Shown one piece after another: positions 45,032 through 55,404 of a stretch of DNA of 64,000 nucleotides (position 1 is its first letter; every line of letters starts with the position of its first letter). This DNA is from an uncultured marine group III euryarchaeote. GTDB lineage: Archaea; Thermoplasmatota; Poseidoniia; MGIII; CG-Epi1. The DNA lies in NCBI GenBank assembly GCA_902627615.1, contig CACOJW010000001.1, forward strand, positions 4,907 to 68,906. The letters are read 5' to 3'. The position numbers and the translations under genes are program-made. A model generated the notes under the pieces. It did not search any database, was not told the origin of the DNA, and was given only the letters and a program-made list of their open reading frames with translations.

Positions 45032-48000
45032 ATGTATATTATTAACTCAAAAGTTGGCAAGCAGGTCCTAGCATGGGCCTTGGTATTCACTTTGGTTCTA
45101 AGTACCATCCCTTCAGCTATTGGTGACGAGGACGACGATGAATACTTTTACTCTATTGAAGAAACATTGAGTGATGAAGATGGAGATGGTAGCGACGATA
45201 CAATAACTATCGGGTATGATTCTGATACTTCATGTGACTGTTGGATAAATATCACAGTTATAATCGACATTTATGACGTTAACTTCATAGAATCTATTAA
45301 TGAAACTTATGCAATATACAATGGTTATGGAGACTATGAGGATCAATCCTGGGATCCAGAATACAATGGTACGTTCGATTTTTATGTATCAATGTATGAT
45401 GAGTGGGGTAATTTTGAAGATAGTTGGAATGTCACTGATATAGAATTAAGAAAGATGTCAGGCTCTCCTGATGAAACTATTAATGTGGGTAATTTTGTTT
45501 ATGATAACGATGATGATGATCTTCCTAATGATATGGAATTTAGAGCAGCCATAAAGGATGAACCAATAGAGGGCGTTGAATTTAATGTAGAATTCTTTAA
45601 TGGTTTAGTTTGGACATATTATACTAATGGAACAACTGATGGTGACGGTTTTTTCATGGTATTTAATGCTACAGATGGAGAGTATCGTTATGATGCCGAA
45701 TTTGATGGTGAGGAATTAGAAGATGAAACCATTTCTTACACAGAAGTAGATGTCGCGAATAATTTAAGTCATGATATTATCCTTCTTGATTTAGATGATG
45801 CTGATGACTATGATGACATTGGAGCCATTCTTTTCGAGGATGGAGACACAGTTGATAATGGATATGTAGAAATATTTGACGATTCAGGAGATTTGTTTGA
45901 TTCAGGATACACAGATACAGATTATTATGGGTACACCATTTACGCCCTTAATGATGTTGAAAAAGGTAATTATACCTATGACTTTTATCGTCAGGAAAAT
46001 GGGGAATTACTACAGAGTGGATGGCTACATTCCTATGGTAGCACCCACACTAATCATGATGAGTGGTTTGAGGATTGGGAATATGCAACTAATGACACTA
46101 ATGGAGATGGTGAAGCTAATAGTATTGTAGTAAAATATGATCCTAACACTGAATGTAATTGTACGATTGAAATAGAAGTTGATTTCTCAGTTTACAACAA
46201 TGATACAGGTTCGTATGCTGATAGTGACTATTACTACCATGAAATAAATGGCACACAGGTAGATTCTTTTGAAACAGATGAATGGTCACCAAGTAAAAAT
46301 GGAAATTACACTTTTGAATTCTACCTCTACGATGATTCTTATAATTATGAGGACGAATTTAATTTTACAGTTTATCTGGAGTGTGACCAAGGTTCAAACA
46401 ACACATGTGATAACAACGAGTGGTTTGAAGATTGGGATTATGATACCGAGAGTACAGATAGCGATAATTTAGATGATACAATAAATATAGATTACAACCC
46501 GGACACAGACTGTGACTGTGAAGTGGGAGTCTATGTTTATATGGAAGTTTACGAGAATGTTTCAAGAAATTGGTTAGATTCTGAGAGCAGATATCATGTA
46601 ATTAATGGTACTGATGAAGAATATTTCTTTTACTCATGGACTTCATCCAATAGTACTTCCTACGATTTCTATGTTTACATGTATGATGAAAATTGGAATT
46701 TTGAAGATCAATTCCTGATTTCTAATATTTATCTATATCAAAAGAGTGGAGCAGGTGGACCTGGTGATGATGATGAATATTTTGACTGGATTGACGCATA
46801 TACTTATGATGAAGACAACGATGGATACAACGATACAGTTGAATTAGATTACGATCCAGATACAACATGTGAATGTAATGTGACTGTAACTTTCTTTGTC
46901 GATGCTTATGATAATGAGACTGGAGCTTGGGTAAACGGTACTGAAGAAGAGTATACCATCTATCATGATGATAATGATTACTGGTATAAATCTTGGTCAC
47001 CTGAATATAACGGAACCTTTGATTTCTATGTCGAACTTTACGATGAGGATGGGAATCTGGAAGATGAGCGGGAATATCTTGGAATTGAACTTCATACTCG
47101 AACAAGCGGCGGCGGCGGAGGTTCTGAAGACGAAGATGAGTGGTTCTGGGGTATAGATTGGGATGTTGACCAAAATACAATCGAGATAGGTTATGATCCA
47201 GATACAACATGTGATTGTACTGTAGACATAATCGTTTACATCGACGTTTATCTAAATTCAACAGGCGAGTATTTGGATTATGTTTATGCTAACCACACCA
47301 TAAATAATGGATATAGTGATTGGTTCACACAAGATTGGACTTCTTGGAATGATGATTATTATGATTTCCATGTTTACATGTATGACGAGGAATATAATTT
47401 TGAAGACGAATTTTGGATATATGATGAATACTTAGGCTCTGACGGTAGCGGAGGTAATGGAAGTGACGATGGCAACGGCATTGGGCATCTCGCATCAATC
47501 GAGGATTGGGAGGAGGATGGCTTTGTCAATGATTTCATCGGTGGAGTTCTTGAAGATGATGCGCTCAAAGAAGATGCATATTTTGAAATTTATGACGCGA
47601 ATGGTAATCTAGTTGATAGTGGCAATCCAAATTATGTAATTCCTGGTTATGGTGCACTATTTATCTCTTATAATCTAAGCGAAGCAGAGTATACTCATTA
47701 TGTTTTCTATGAAGAGAATGATGTTATGCTTCAGGCAGGAAATTTCTATTCTTACGGTGATACTACCTCTCAATTCGAGGTTATTAACGTTGAAAACGCA
47801 GTATTTGATGATGATGAATATTCAGTATACGATGATGTAGCATTCAATGCCCACCAAGGTGATTTCGACGAAGGCGTCGAGGGAGTTGAAATTGTAGTTT
47901 ATGTATGGAATGATGAAGAAGAAATGTGGTATGATCATGCCTATTTAGAAACTAACGAGACAGGTGAAGCATGGCTCTACAATGAAGAATGTGGTCAATA

Positions 48001-49276
48001 TGAATGGGAAGTTTATACTGATGGAATAGATGAAAGTGGATTCTATGAAGTTACGGCAGGATGTGATAGCGACGATAATACTAACGATGAAGACCATGAT
48101 GAATGGTTCAATTCTTGGGATTATCACGTATATGCTCCTGATTCAGTTGAAATTTTCTATGATCCAGATACAACTAACATGAACGGAGAAAATGTCACCG
48201 TTTACATGGACATATACAATGGAAGCGGATACTATGTTGGTTCTTATTCTCGAGAAGGAATGATTTATGGAAATGAATCTGATAATTGGACAGAGTTTTT
48301 CACTGCAGATTACAGCGACGAATATGATTTTGAGCTGTACATATATGACGCAGATAATAATTTTGAAGACTATGTTTCGATTCTAGGTGTCTACTTGGAA
48401 GTAAATTCAGCACCCGAAATTTATGGAATTAATACCCAAGAATTATCAGAGGGCCAGATATTCACGTTCGAGGCAGATGTTTACGATGAAGAAGGTGATG
48501 AACTCGAATATATGTGGGACATGGGTGACGGTAGTGAGTATGGCACTGAGTCGCCTCGCCATGTTTACCAAGATGATGGTCAATACGAAATTGCTCTCAG
48601 AGTCTTTGATGGTAATCAGGAAACAGAAGCATTTTTCGATGTAAATGTCATAAATTTAGCTCCAACATTAGAGATATCTTACGATGACTTCGGTCAAGAA
48701 GGCCAAATATTGTCCTTTACATCTCAATCAAGTGATGTATCTGAAGACACAGTAGAAGTGACTTGGTCTTTCCCAGACGGAACGCAGGCTGAGGGTAATT
48801 TTGCACAATATATGTTTGTTGATGATGGAGATTTTATAATTGGAGTTACAGCTGAAGATGAAGATGGCGGCAAGACCTCAGAAACTGTCATAGTAACTAT
48901 CGAGAATGTAGCACCAACTTTTACAGAATTCCAAATGCCAAGTGGTGGTCAAGAAGGTGAAACTTTAGATTTCAAAGTTGGCGCCACAGATCCTGGAGAA
49001 GACACAATTGTCTTTAACATCGATTTCGGTGACGGTACTACACCGTTGATAACTCAAGACGGCGGTAACATTTCACACAGATTTGCAGAAGGTGATACTT
49101 TTACAGTAGTTGTTTGTGCTAAAGATGAAGACGGCGGTGAAAATTGCAGACAACATATTATTCCAGTTTCATTACTTGAGCAGCTCGAAGATGAAGGATT
49201 ATTGCCTGGTTTCAACCTCTTACTGGCAATTTCAGCTCTTGGAGTTGTAGGAATTTTAAGACGTAGAACACACTAA
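45032..49276 (+). CDS. Giant acidic secreted protein: six copies of an unassigned ~105-115-aa module, beta-sandwich inserts, PKD domains, PGF-CTERM
   Basis: 1414 aa with a signal peptide. The repeated module is DEWF.DW.Y...I.(I/V).YDPDT.C.C.V...(V/I)D.Y......Y.I......W.P..NGT(Y/F)DFY(V/L).(M/L)YD(E/D)..N.ED. Three PKD-like domains follow (WDMGDGSEYG, WSFPDGTQAEG, IDFGDGTTP). The end is LPGFNLLLAISALGVVGILRRRTH (49205-49273). Confidence 0.85.
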   Translation: MYIINSKVGKQVLAWALVFTLVLSTIPSAIGDEDDDEYFYSIEETLSDEDGDGSDDTITIGYDSDTSCDCWINITVIIDIYDVNFIESINETYAIYNGYGDYEDQSWDPEYNGTFDFYVSMYDEWGNFEDSWNVTDIELRKMSGSPDETINVGNFVYDNDDDDLPNDMEFRAAIKDEPIEGVEFNVEFFNGLVWTYYTNGTTDGDGFFMVFNATDGEYRYDAEFDGEELEDETISYTEVDVANNLSHDIILLDLDDADDYDDIGAILFEDGDTVDNGYVEIFDDSGDLFDSGYTDTDYYGYTIYALNDVEKGNYTYDFYRQENGELLQSGWLHSYGSTHTNHDEWFEDWEYATNDTNGDGEANSIVVKYDPNTECNCTIEIEVDFSVYNNDTGSYADSDYYYHEINGTQVDSFETDEWSPSKNGNYTFEFYLYDDSYNYEDEFNFTVYLECDQGSNNTCDNNEWFEDWDYDTESTDSDNLDDTINIDYNPDTDCDCEVGVYVYMEVYENVSRNWLDSESRYHVINGTDEEYFFYSWTSSNSTSYDFYVYMYDENWNFEDQFLISNIYLYQKSGAGGPGDDDEYFDWIDAYTYDEDNDGYNDTVELDYDPDTTCECNVTVTFFVDAYDNETGAWVNGTEEEYTIYHDDNDYWYKSWSPEYNGTFDFYVELYDEDGNLEDEREYLGIELHTRTSGGGGGSEDEDEWFWGIDWDVDQNTIEIGYDPDTTCDCTVDIIVYIDVYLNSTGEYLDYVYANHTINNGYSDWFTQDWTSWNDDYYDFHVYMYDEEYNFEDEFWIYDEYLGSDGSGGNGSDDGNGIGHLASIEDWEEDGFVNDFIGGVLEDDALKEDAYFEIYDANGNLVDSGNPNYVIPGYGALFISYNLSEAEYTHYVFYEENDVMLQAGNFYSYGDTTSQFEVINVENAVFDDDEYSVYDDVAFNAHQGDFDEGVEGVEIVVYVWNDEEEMWYDHAYLETNETGEAWLYNEECGQYEWEVYTDGIDESGFYEVTAGCDSDDNTNDEDHDEWFNSWDYHVYAPDSVEIFYDPDTTNMNGENVTVYMDIYNGSGYYVGSYSREGMIYGNESDNWTEFFTADYSDEYDFELYIYDADNNFEDYVSILGVYLEVNSAPEIYGINTQELSEGQIFTFEADVYDEEGDELEYMWDMGDGSEYGTESPRHVYQDDGQYEIALRVFDGNQETEAFFDVNVINLAPTLEISYDDFGQEGQILSFTSQSSDVSEDTVEVTWSFPDGTQAEGNFAQYMFVDDGDFIIGVTAEDEDGGKTSETVIVTIENVAPTFTEFQMPSGGQEGETLDFKVGATDPGEDTIVFNIDFGDGTTPLITQDGGNISHRFAEGDTFTVVVCAKDEDGGENCRQHIIPVSLLEQLEDEGLLPGFNLLLAISALGVVGILRRRTH

Positions 49277-49298
49277 GTAGTTTAATGCCATATGGAGA

Positions 49299-49961
49299 AT
49301 GGGAATCATGATTCCCAGACTTTCTACTAATTGTGAAGGAGTTGACAAACTACTTGCAGGAGGGTTTGAACAAGGAACTGTTTCTCTTGTCTATGGAGAA
49401 GCAGGTACTGGGAAAACGAGTATGGCCCTGCAATTATCTCGTGAAGCTATCAAATCCTATCCAGACCACGTTGTATTATTTGTAGATACAGAAGGTTTAT
49501 CAGTTGAAAGAATGACTCAGATTTTCGGGGAAAATGATGCTTCAAAATTATTAATGATTAGACCTTCAAGTCTAAGCGATCTTCACCAGACATTAACTAA
49601 AAAATTAGAACAACATGATAAAATTTCTTTGGTTGTAGTAGATACAATCAACGCATATGTTCGTCTATCATACATGAAAAATAAGCAACTATCCTCACGC
49701 CAATTTTTGGAAATGACATCAATACTTCAACCCTTAGCAGAGAAAGGAGATTACCCAGTAATGATTACAGCTCAGGTCTATGAGAAAGATGGAGAAATAG
49801 GTCCTTATTTTGGAAAATCATTAATGCATTTATCCAAGACAATAATACATTTGGAAAAGAAAAAAACTCCTAGTTTGCGTAATATCCGTCTTAAAAAACA
49901 TAGATCACTTCCTGAAGAGTCAGTGGAAGCCTTTACCTTAACTAATAATGGTATAGAGTAA
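49299..49961 (+). CDS. radB: RadB-like RecA-superfamily ATPase
   Basis: 220 aa with GGFEQGTVSLVYGEAGTGKTSMALQLS (Walker A) and VVVDT (Walker B). The size and lack of an N-terminal HhH domain fit RadB rather than RadA. Confidence 0.7.
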   Translation: MGIMIPRLSTNCEGVDKLLAGGFEQGTVSLVYGEAGTGKTSMALQLSREAIKSYPDHVVLFVDTEGLSVERMTQIFGENDASKLLMIRPSSLSDLHQTLTKKLEQHDKISLVVVDTINAYVRLSYMKNKQLSSRQFLEMTSILQPLAEKGDYPVMITAQVYEKDGEIGPYFGKSLMHLSKTIIHLEKKKTPSLRNIRLKKHRSLPEESVEAFTLTNNGIE

Positions 49962-49998
49962 GCTCAACTCTTTAATTGTCCCGTCATTCCCCATTTCT

Positions 49999-51492
49999 AT
50001 GTCCGATTATGATGACTTCATAGGCAGAGTAAAGGAGCTGAATTTACTTGGTAGTTTGACAGGCCTTATGGGCTGGGACCAAGAAACAATGATGCCTCCT
50101 AAAGGCGGAAAACTCCGTTCAGAAATGATGGCTTTTCTTTCTAAACAATCCCATTCTAGAGTTACAGATCCAGAAATGGGAAGATTACTTGATTCATTGG
50201 AATCTCAAAATCTCGACGCTGAGCAATCAGCAAATGTTAGAGAAATAAGAAGAGGATATGAGAAAGCTACCAAGCTTCCTGAAGAATTAGTTGAAGAGAA
50301 AGCACGTCATAAATCACAAGCACTTCAGGTTTGGCAAGAAGCAAGATCTGAAGATAATTTTGAAAAATTTAAGCCATATCTTGAAAAAACTGTTGAACTA
50401 ACGTGTAAAACTGCAGAATATTATGGATATGAGGATAACATCTATGATGCTTTGTTAGATATTTATGAGCCAGGAATGACAGTATCTCAATTAGACCCTC
50501 TATTTGCAGGACTAAGAGAAGCTATTGTACCATTGGTAAAAGCCGTAGGCGAGAGCCCAAATCAACCCGACACTAGTTTTCTTGATATTGGTAAATTTTC
50601 TGAAGAAAAGCAAAGAGAATTTTCTTTAAAGGTTGCAGAAAGTATAGGATTTGATTTTGACGCCGGAAGAATGGATACTTCAACGCATCCTTTTTGTTCT
50701 GGAGCAGGACCTAATGATGTTAGATTTACAACACGTTATGATGAAGAGTTTCCTTTTGGTTGTCTGTATGGAGTAATGCATGAAACTGGCCATGGAACAT
50801 ATGAACAAGGATTACTGCAAGAGCATGAAGGAACACCAATGGGGCAGGCAGTATCGCTAGGTGTCCATGAATCCCAGTCCAGAATGTGGGAAAATATGGT
50901 TGGCCGTAGTCATGAATTTTGGCAATATTATATTAATGAATTCAAATCGTGTTTCGATCACTTACCTTCTGATTTGGATGTAAATACTTTGCATAGGGCA
51001 GTCAATACAGTACAACCATCGCTAATACGTGTAGAATCAGATGAAGCCACTTACAATCTTCACATAATGGTTAGATATGAAATTGAGAAACAATTGGTTA
51101 ATGGAAATATCAAAGTAGGAGATTTACCAGAATTTTGGAATAGCAAGATGGAAGAATACTTAGGGGTAACTCCACCTAATGATACTAAGGGCGTTTTGCA
51201 AGATATTCATTGGTCTATGGGTGCTATTGGTTATTTCCCAACCTATACTCTCGGAAATCTTTACGCCGCTCAGCTCTACGCAGCAGCTTTAGCAGATGAT
51301 TCAAGTATCCCTGATAAAATAGCAAAAGGTGAGTTTAGAGTATTATTAGATTGGATGCGAAGTCATATTCATGTGCATGGCTCGAAATTACTTCCTGCAG
51401 ATTTGATGACTCAGGCTACAGGTAAAGAGCCTAGCAGTGAAGATTTTGTAAATTATTTACAAACAAAGTATACAAAAATTTACAATCTATAA
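49999..51492 (+). CDS. Carboxypeptidase M32 (Taq-type metallocarboxypeptidase)
   Basis: 497 aa with HETGHGTYEQG (HExxH), HESQSRMWEN and the DIHWS motif. Confidence 0.9.
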   Translation: MSDYDDFIGRVKELNLLGSLTGLMGWDQETMMPPKGGKLRSEMMAFLSKQSHSRVTDPEMGRLLDSLESQNLDAEQSANVREIRRGYEKATKLPEELVEEKARHKSQALQVWQEARSEDNFEKFKPYLEKTVELTCKTAEYYGYEDNIYDALLDIYEPGMTVSQLDPLFAGLREAIVPLVKAVGESPNQPDTSFLDIGKFSEEKQREFSLKVAESIGFDFDAGRMDTSTHPFCSGAGPNDVRFTTRYDEEFPFGCLYGVMHETGHGTYEQGLLQEHEGTPMGQAVSLGVHESQSRMWENMVGRSHEFWQYYINEFKSCFDHLPSDLDVNTLHRAVNTVQPSLIRVESDEATYNLHIMVRYEIEKQLVNGNIKVGDLPEFWNSKMEEYLGVTPPNDTKGVLQDIHWSMGAIGYFPTYTLGNLYAAQLYAAALADDSSIPDKIAKGEFRVLLDWMRSHIHVHGSKLLPADLMTQATGKEPSSEDFVNYLQTKYTKIYNL

Positions 51493-51494
51493 AT

Positions 51495-51570
51495 TGGTAG
51501 CCCCCCTCGGATTCGAACCGAGGTCTCAGGCTCCAAAGGCCTGAATGATGGACCGCTACACTAGGGGGCT
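51495..51570 (-). tRNA. tRNA-Gln (anticodon UUG) with genomically encoded CCA
   Basis: The minus-strand sequence is AGCCCCCTAGTGTAGCGGTCCATCATTCAGGCCTTTGGAGCCTGAGACCTCGGTTCGAATCCGAGGGGGGCTACCA (76 nt). It has a 7-bp acceptor stem, a T arm CTCGG/TTCGAAT/CCGAG, an anticodon stem CAGGC/GCCTG and the loop CT-TTG-GA. Confidence 0.9.
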
Positions 51571-51639
51571 CCGTTTGTCCAAAGAATGGTGTCTTTAGGA
51601 TTGTTCCCTTGGTAAACAACAATTAATAAAGGTCCCCCA

Positions 51640-51912
51640 ATGTCTGAAACAGATATGACTGCAGCAGACAGGTTTATGAAGAAAATAAGTGATTATTACA
51701 ATGACTTAGGTTATCCTGTCGTCTGGGAAGATGTAGGCTCAGAAAGACAGCTGGAAATCCAGTTCAAATCAGAATCAGGTTACTTTGTTACAGCTACACT
51801 TCTTGCAGAAGGTAATGATGTAATCGTTAAAGATGAATGGGGCAGAGCTCAAAAAATAAAAGCTACAAAAGGCAATCTTGAAATGATTAAAAGTTGGTCA
51901 GAAGAACGCTAA
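51640..51912 (+). CDS. Hypothetical protein
   Basis: 90 aa. Its 3' end overlaps the convergent gpmA-like gene by 4 nt. Confidence 0.45.
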   Translation: MSETDMTAADRFMKKISDYYNDLGYPVVWEDVGSERQLEIQFKSESGYFVTATLLAEGNDVIVKDEWGRAQKIKATKGNLEMIKSWSEER

Positions 51913-52556
51913 TCAGGCAATCTACTCATACTTTTACTTCCGGGCCTAGAAATTATCTCTAAATTTGTAACATTTTCATTTTCAAAACTAAATACCCAGG
52001 GTTCACACCACCCAATTTCAGTTTTTAGTATTTGTTCAGAATTATAATTCTGTAAATGCATAACAATGGCTCTTATGCTATTCCCATGAGCTCCAACTAT
52101 AATTGTTTTTCCTTCTAAAATATGAGGCATTATTTCATTTTTCAAGTAAGGAATTACTCTATCAGCAGTATCTTTCAAAGATTCACCACCTGGTGGAGGC
52201 GTATCAAAGCTTCTTCTCCAAATATGGACTTGCTCTTTACCAAATTTCTCGGCAGCCTCAGTTTTATTTTGGCCAATCAAGTCTCCATAATCTCTTTCAT
52301 TCAGAGCTAGATTTTTAATAATTGAAATATTGTTTTGTTCAAGTCCTTTTAGGATAATATCTAACGTTTCTTGGGCCCTAATTAGATCCGAAGTAAAGGC
52401 TATATCAAATTTATAAGATTTTAATAATTTAACGGCTTGTTTAGCTTCATTTCTACCTTGTTGATTTAGATCTACATTTTTCCATCCAGTAAATCTATTT
52501 TGATCATTGTAGACTGAAAGCCCGTGTCTCACCAAAACAAGTTTTCCTTTTGACAT
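51909..52556 (-). CDS. gpmA: Histidine phosphatase family protein, 2,3-bisphosphoglycerate-dependent phosphoglycerate mutase-like
   Basis: 215 aa with LVLVRHGLSVYNDQNRFTGW (RHG catalytic motif), a downstream RAQET and the AHGNSIR motif. Confidence 0.8.
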   Translation of the reverse strand: MSKGKLVLVRHGLSVYNDQNRFTGWKNVDLNQQGRNEAKQAVKLLKSYKFDIAFTSDLIRAQETLDIILKGLEQNNISIIKNLALNERDYGDLIGQNKTEAAEKFGKEQVHIWRRSFDTPPPGGESLKDTADRVIPYLKNEIMPHILEGKTIIVGAHGNSIRAIVMHLQNYNSEQILKTEIGWCEPWVFSFENENVTNLEIISRPGSKSMSRLPD

Positions 52557-52558
52557 AA

Positions 52559-53539
52559 TTAGTTGAAGCTTTCGATGGCAACTTCTCCATATTTAGGTAA
52601 TGGTCTCGCATTTATTCTTAATTTCTTCTCAATTTGCTTAGCCAATTCTTTGGTAGAACCGTGTACCGTATAGACCTGTTTTGGGTTGCATTCTTCTACA
52701 AATTTCATTGTATCTGAAAAATCTGCATGATCGCTTATTGGAAATCCTGCGTCAACGCCTCGCAAAGCCCATTTTGCGAATGCACACCATCCAGAAACCC
52801 TTGCTACTTTAGCACCTTGTTTTCTCATATTTTGTACTGCAGCATTGGGTTTTTTTCCATTAGTTGCGCTAGTAGATGTAACTAATAGTCCAGGTTTTTC
52901 TTTTTCGTCCAGATCTTCATATCTAATATATTCTAGAGGAACGCCATATTTTTTGTAAATATCACTTACAGCACCTACTTCGTTAGATACAGTTGGAGTT
53001 GTTCCTGCTAAATTTGCAGTTGCAATAACTTCTTGGGCTTTTCCTAGAGAGTAAGCACCAATTATACCTCCGTCATTAGAAGAGGTTGTGCTAATCCACG
53101 CTTGTAAATCTTCTAAAACTTGGTTCCTATCAGGTAAAGTTTGATTAGGTTTTCCATAAGTAGATTCTACAATCAAGGTATCACATTCTTGAGGTTCAGC
53201 TCTTCCTGATGTCACAGTTCCGTAGGGATTGTAATCTCCTGTATAGAGGAGTCCGTTACATTCAATCATTGCAGAACCAACTACGTGGCCTGCAGAAACA
53301 AATTCAAGTTCAAAATCATTTATTTTGAATCTTTCATGGTAATTATGCGTTGTTGCCTTTTTTGCTCCAGTTCTTACTTTCATAACATCAGCCGTTGGAT
53401 TTGTCATATGCGTATTCGGCCTTAAATGATCAGAATGAGCGTGAGTTACAGCACCATCAGGTCTGCTGTTCGCAGGATCAAGATAAATTGCACGTTTGCC
53501 TTCTTTTAAACAAATTCCTCTGTGATTGAAAACTTCCAA
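52559..53539 (-). CDS. Metallo-beta-lactamase fold, short beta-CASP-like nuclease
   Basis: 326 aa with THAHSDHL (HxHxDH), ESTYG, SDHAD and a C-terminal VHG. The TTG start directly abuts the upstream stop. Confidence 0.7.
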   Translation of the reverse strand: MEVFNHRGICLKEGKRAIYLDPANSRPDGAVTHAHSDHLRPNTHMTNPTADVMKVRTGAKKATTHNYHERFKINDFELEFVSAGHVVGSAMIECNGLLYTGDYNPYGTVTSGRAEPQECDTLIVESTYGKPNQTLPDRNQVLEDLQAWISTTSSNDGGIIGAYSLGKAQEVIATANLAGTTPTVSNEVGAVSDIYKKYGVPLEYIRYEDLDEKEKPGLLVTSTSATNGKKPNAAVQNMRKQGAKVARVSGWCAFAKWALRGVDAGFPISDHADFSDTMKFVEECNPKQVYTVHGSTKELAKQIEKKLRINARPLPKYGEVAIESFN

Positions 53540-54064
53540 CTACTTACCACCTTTTAAGCTGAAAGAGTATCTAGATGGCTCTCTCCACCGGTGCCCAGTT
53601 AGATAACTACACAAATTACACTTGAATCCGATTGCAACTTTTCCACCATACAATGTAGCATTGTGAACTTTCTTTAGAGGTGATGTACAAACGGGACAGG
53701 GTTGTCCAGGAGAGGCAAATTCACCTCTGTGATGGTGATGTCCACTTTGGTCTTCACCAGGACGTATTCTTCTCCATCTTTTTACAACCGGATCATATCC
53801 AAGGCCTTGTTTTTTGAAATCTGATTCGTCAGCTTCAGGTGCAGCTCCAACGGATCTCGTTCTAATGTTGACTTTTACTTTTTTTGATAATATAGCTATA
53901 ATTCGCATTCTTTCTGCAGATAGTTTATATGCAGAATCTTCATCCTTTAATTTTTCTAAAACCTTACTGTGCATTTTGGTTTGTGTATCTACAGAGCCTC
54001 TTTCTTTCAGAACACCTACTACAGCTTCAACAATTGTCTTTTTAGTAGGTTTTCGGTAGTCCAT
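53540..54064 (-). CDS. Hypothetical protein with basic linker, His4 run and C-terminal zinc ribbon
   Basis: 174 aa with an N-terminal helical domain, SGHHHHRG, and CPVC...CNLC. Confidence 0.5.
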   Translation of the reverse strand: MDYRKPTKKTIVEAVVGVLKERGSVDTQTKMHSKVLEKLKDEDSAYKLSAERMRIIAILSKKVKVNIRTRSVGAAPEADESDFKKQGLGYDPVVKRWRRIRPGEDQSGHHHHRGEFASPGQPCPVCTSPLKKVHNATLYGGKVAIGFKCNLCSYLTGHRWREPSRYSFSLKGGK

Positions 54065-54158
54065 AAAGTCCTAGTGAGCGTATATGTTAAAGGCTGTCGG
54101 AGCTGATAGTAATTTTTATTAGCCCATTACAACAGTAAGTATACAACCGGAGGTTGCT

Positions 54159-54830
54159 ATGTCACTTGAAGATGTGGATGAATTATTTTATTTGCTTGAA
54201 AATCCGACACGGCGTCGAATTCTTCAGTTATTGTCTGTAGAAAGACTATATCCTCTTAAGATGCACAAACAATTATCTAAAGATATGGATGTGACTCAAC
54301 AAGCAATAGTTAAGCATCTTAAGATTTTAGAAGAACATGGAATTGTACAATCAAGAGATGAACCTAGTGACAGAGGTCCTAATCGAAGAGTTTATCACGC
54401 CTCAAAAGAGATTTCACTCCATATTGACGTAGGTCCATCAACTTACAAGCAAAAGGCTGAAACTGATTTTGATCTCAAAAATCTTTCAGAACAACACAAG
54501 CATGTTTTGGATGCAATAGAAGAGTCCAGAAGTATGGATTCAAAGGCTAGAATGGATTTACTTTCTCGTGTTTCTGAAGATCTACGTAAATCTGTAGATG
54601 ATGTTGAAAATGAAAGACGCAGCTTAATAGCTCTCATGGGAGAATTAAACAGGGAAATTACCTCGACAGCTCAAATGGCAGAGTGTAGCTATCAGGAAAG
54701 AAGATTATTACATCATATACTTCACAACAAAGACTACACTATAGAAGGTGCAGCAGTTGCTTTAGGACTTCGTGAAGCTGAGGTTAGACTAATACTTGAA
54801 AGTTTACAAAATAGGGGTCTGACAAGGTAA
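54159..54830 (+). CDS. ArsR-family winged-helix transcriptional regulator with coiled-coil C-terminal extension
   Basis: 223 aa with LENPTRRRILQLL...VTQQAIVKHLKILEEHGIV. GGAGGT lies 6-8 nt upstream of the ATG. Confidence 0.75.
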   Translation: MSLEDVDELFYLLENPTRRRILQLLSVERLYPLKMHKQLSKDMDVTQQAIVKHLKILEEHGIVQSRDEPSDRGPNRRVYHASKEISLHIDVGPSTYKQKAETDFDLKNLSEQHKHVLDAIEESRSMDSKARMDLLSRVSEDLRKSVDDVENERRSLIALMGELNREITSTAQMAECSYQERRLLHHILHNKDYTIEGAAVALGLREAEVRLILESLQNRGLTR

Positions 54831-54876
54831 TTGCATATTCTTTATATAGAATAGTAAAATCTTATCATACATTACC

Positions 54877-55404
54877 ATGAATTCACTGATGAAAGGTCTG
54901 GTTTTGATATTTGCACTTTGTTTACTTCTACCATCATCTAAGGCAGAAGATAGCGTTTATCGCGTAGATGGATTACCAGAAAATCTTTACTACGAAACTG
55001 CTAAAGTGTATAAAATAGATTTAGCAGCGAATGAATATTCTGAAATTTCTTCAGTTAATATAACAATTACTAACGGAACTCTAAGTCCATCAGAGGACAT
55101 TACTCCAGATATACACGACTTAATTTTAGAGGCCAGTAATTCTGGTTGGACATTTTATTGGCAAGCACCTTCTGAAACATTTTCATTGGGGGAAGGTGAA
55201 TCTGAATTAGCTATCATATTCAACCAAGACGATGGCTCTATTTGGGCTTCTTTTGATGCCGTTCTGAGACCTCCAGAGATTGTTGCACACAGTGAACCAT
55301 CAGTCCCTCAATGGGCATTGTCATTGGCTTGGGGAGGTGTTAGCATTACAGTTCTCTTAACGATTATAGGTGCATTTGTACTTCGTAGAGATCGCTTAAC
55401 GTAA
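54877..55404 (+). CDS. Hypothetical exported protein with C-terminal TM anchor
   Basis: 175 aa with a signal peptide and a terminal TM plus RRDR. It lies immediately upstream of the pilin pair. Confidence 0.5.
   Translation: MNSLMKGLVLIFALCLLLPSSKAEDSVYRVDGLPENLYYETAKVYKIDLAANEYSEISSVNITITNGTLSPSEDITPDIHDLILEASNSGWTFYWQAPSETFSLGEGESELAIIFNQDDGSIWASFDAVLRPPEIVAHSEPSVPQWALSLAWGGVSITVLLTIIGAFVLRRDRLT

Noticed and set aside
51431-51622. A 63-aa ORF on the minus strand.
   Set aside because: It is fully explained by the tRNA-Gln gene (51495..51570) and the 3' end of the carboxypeptidase gene.
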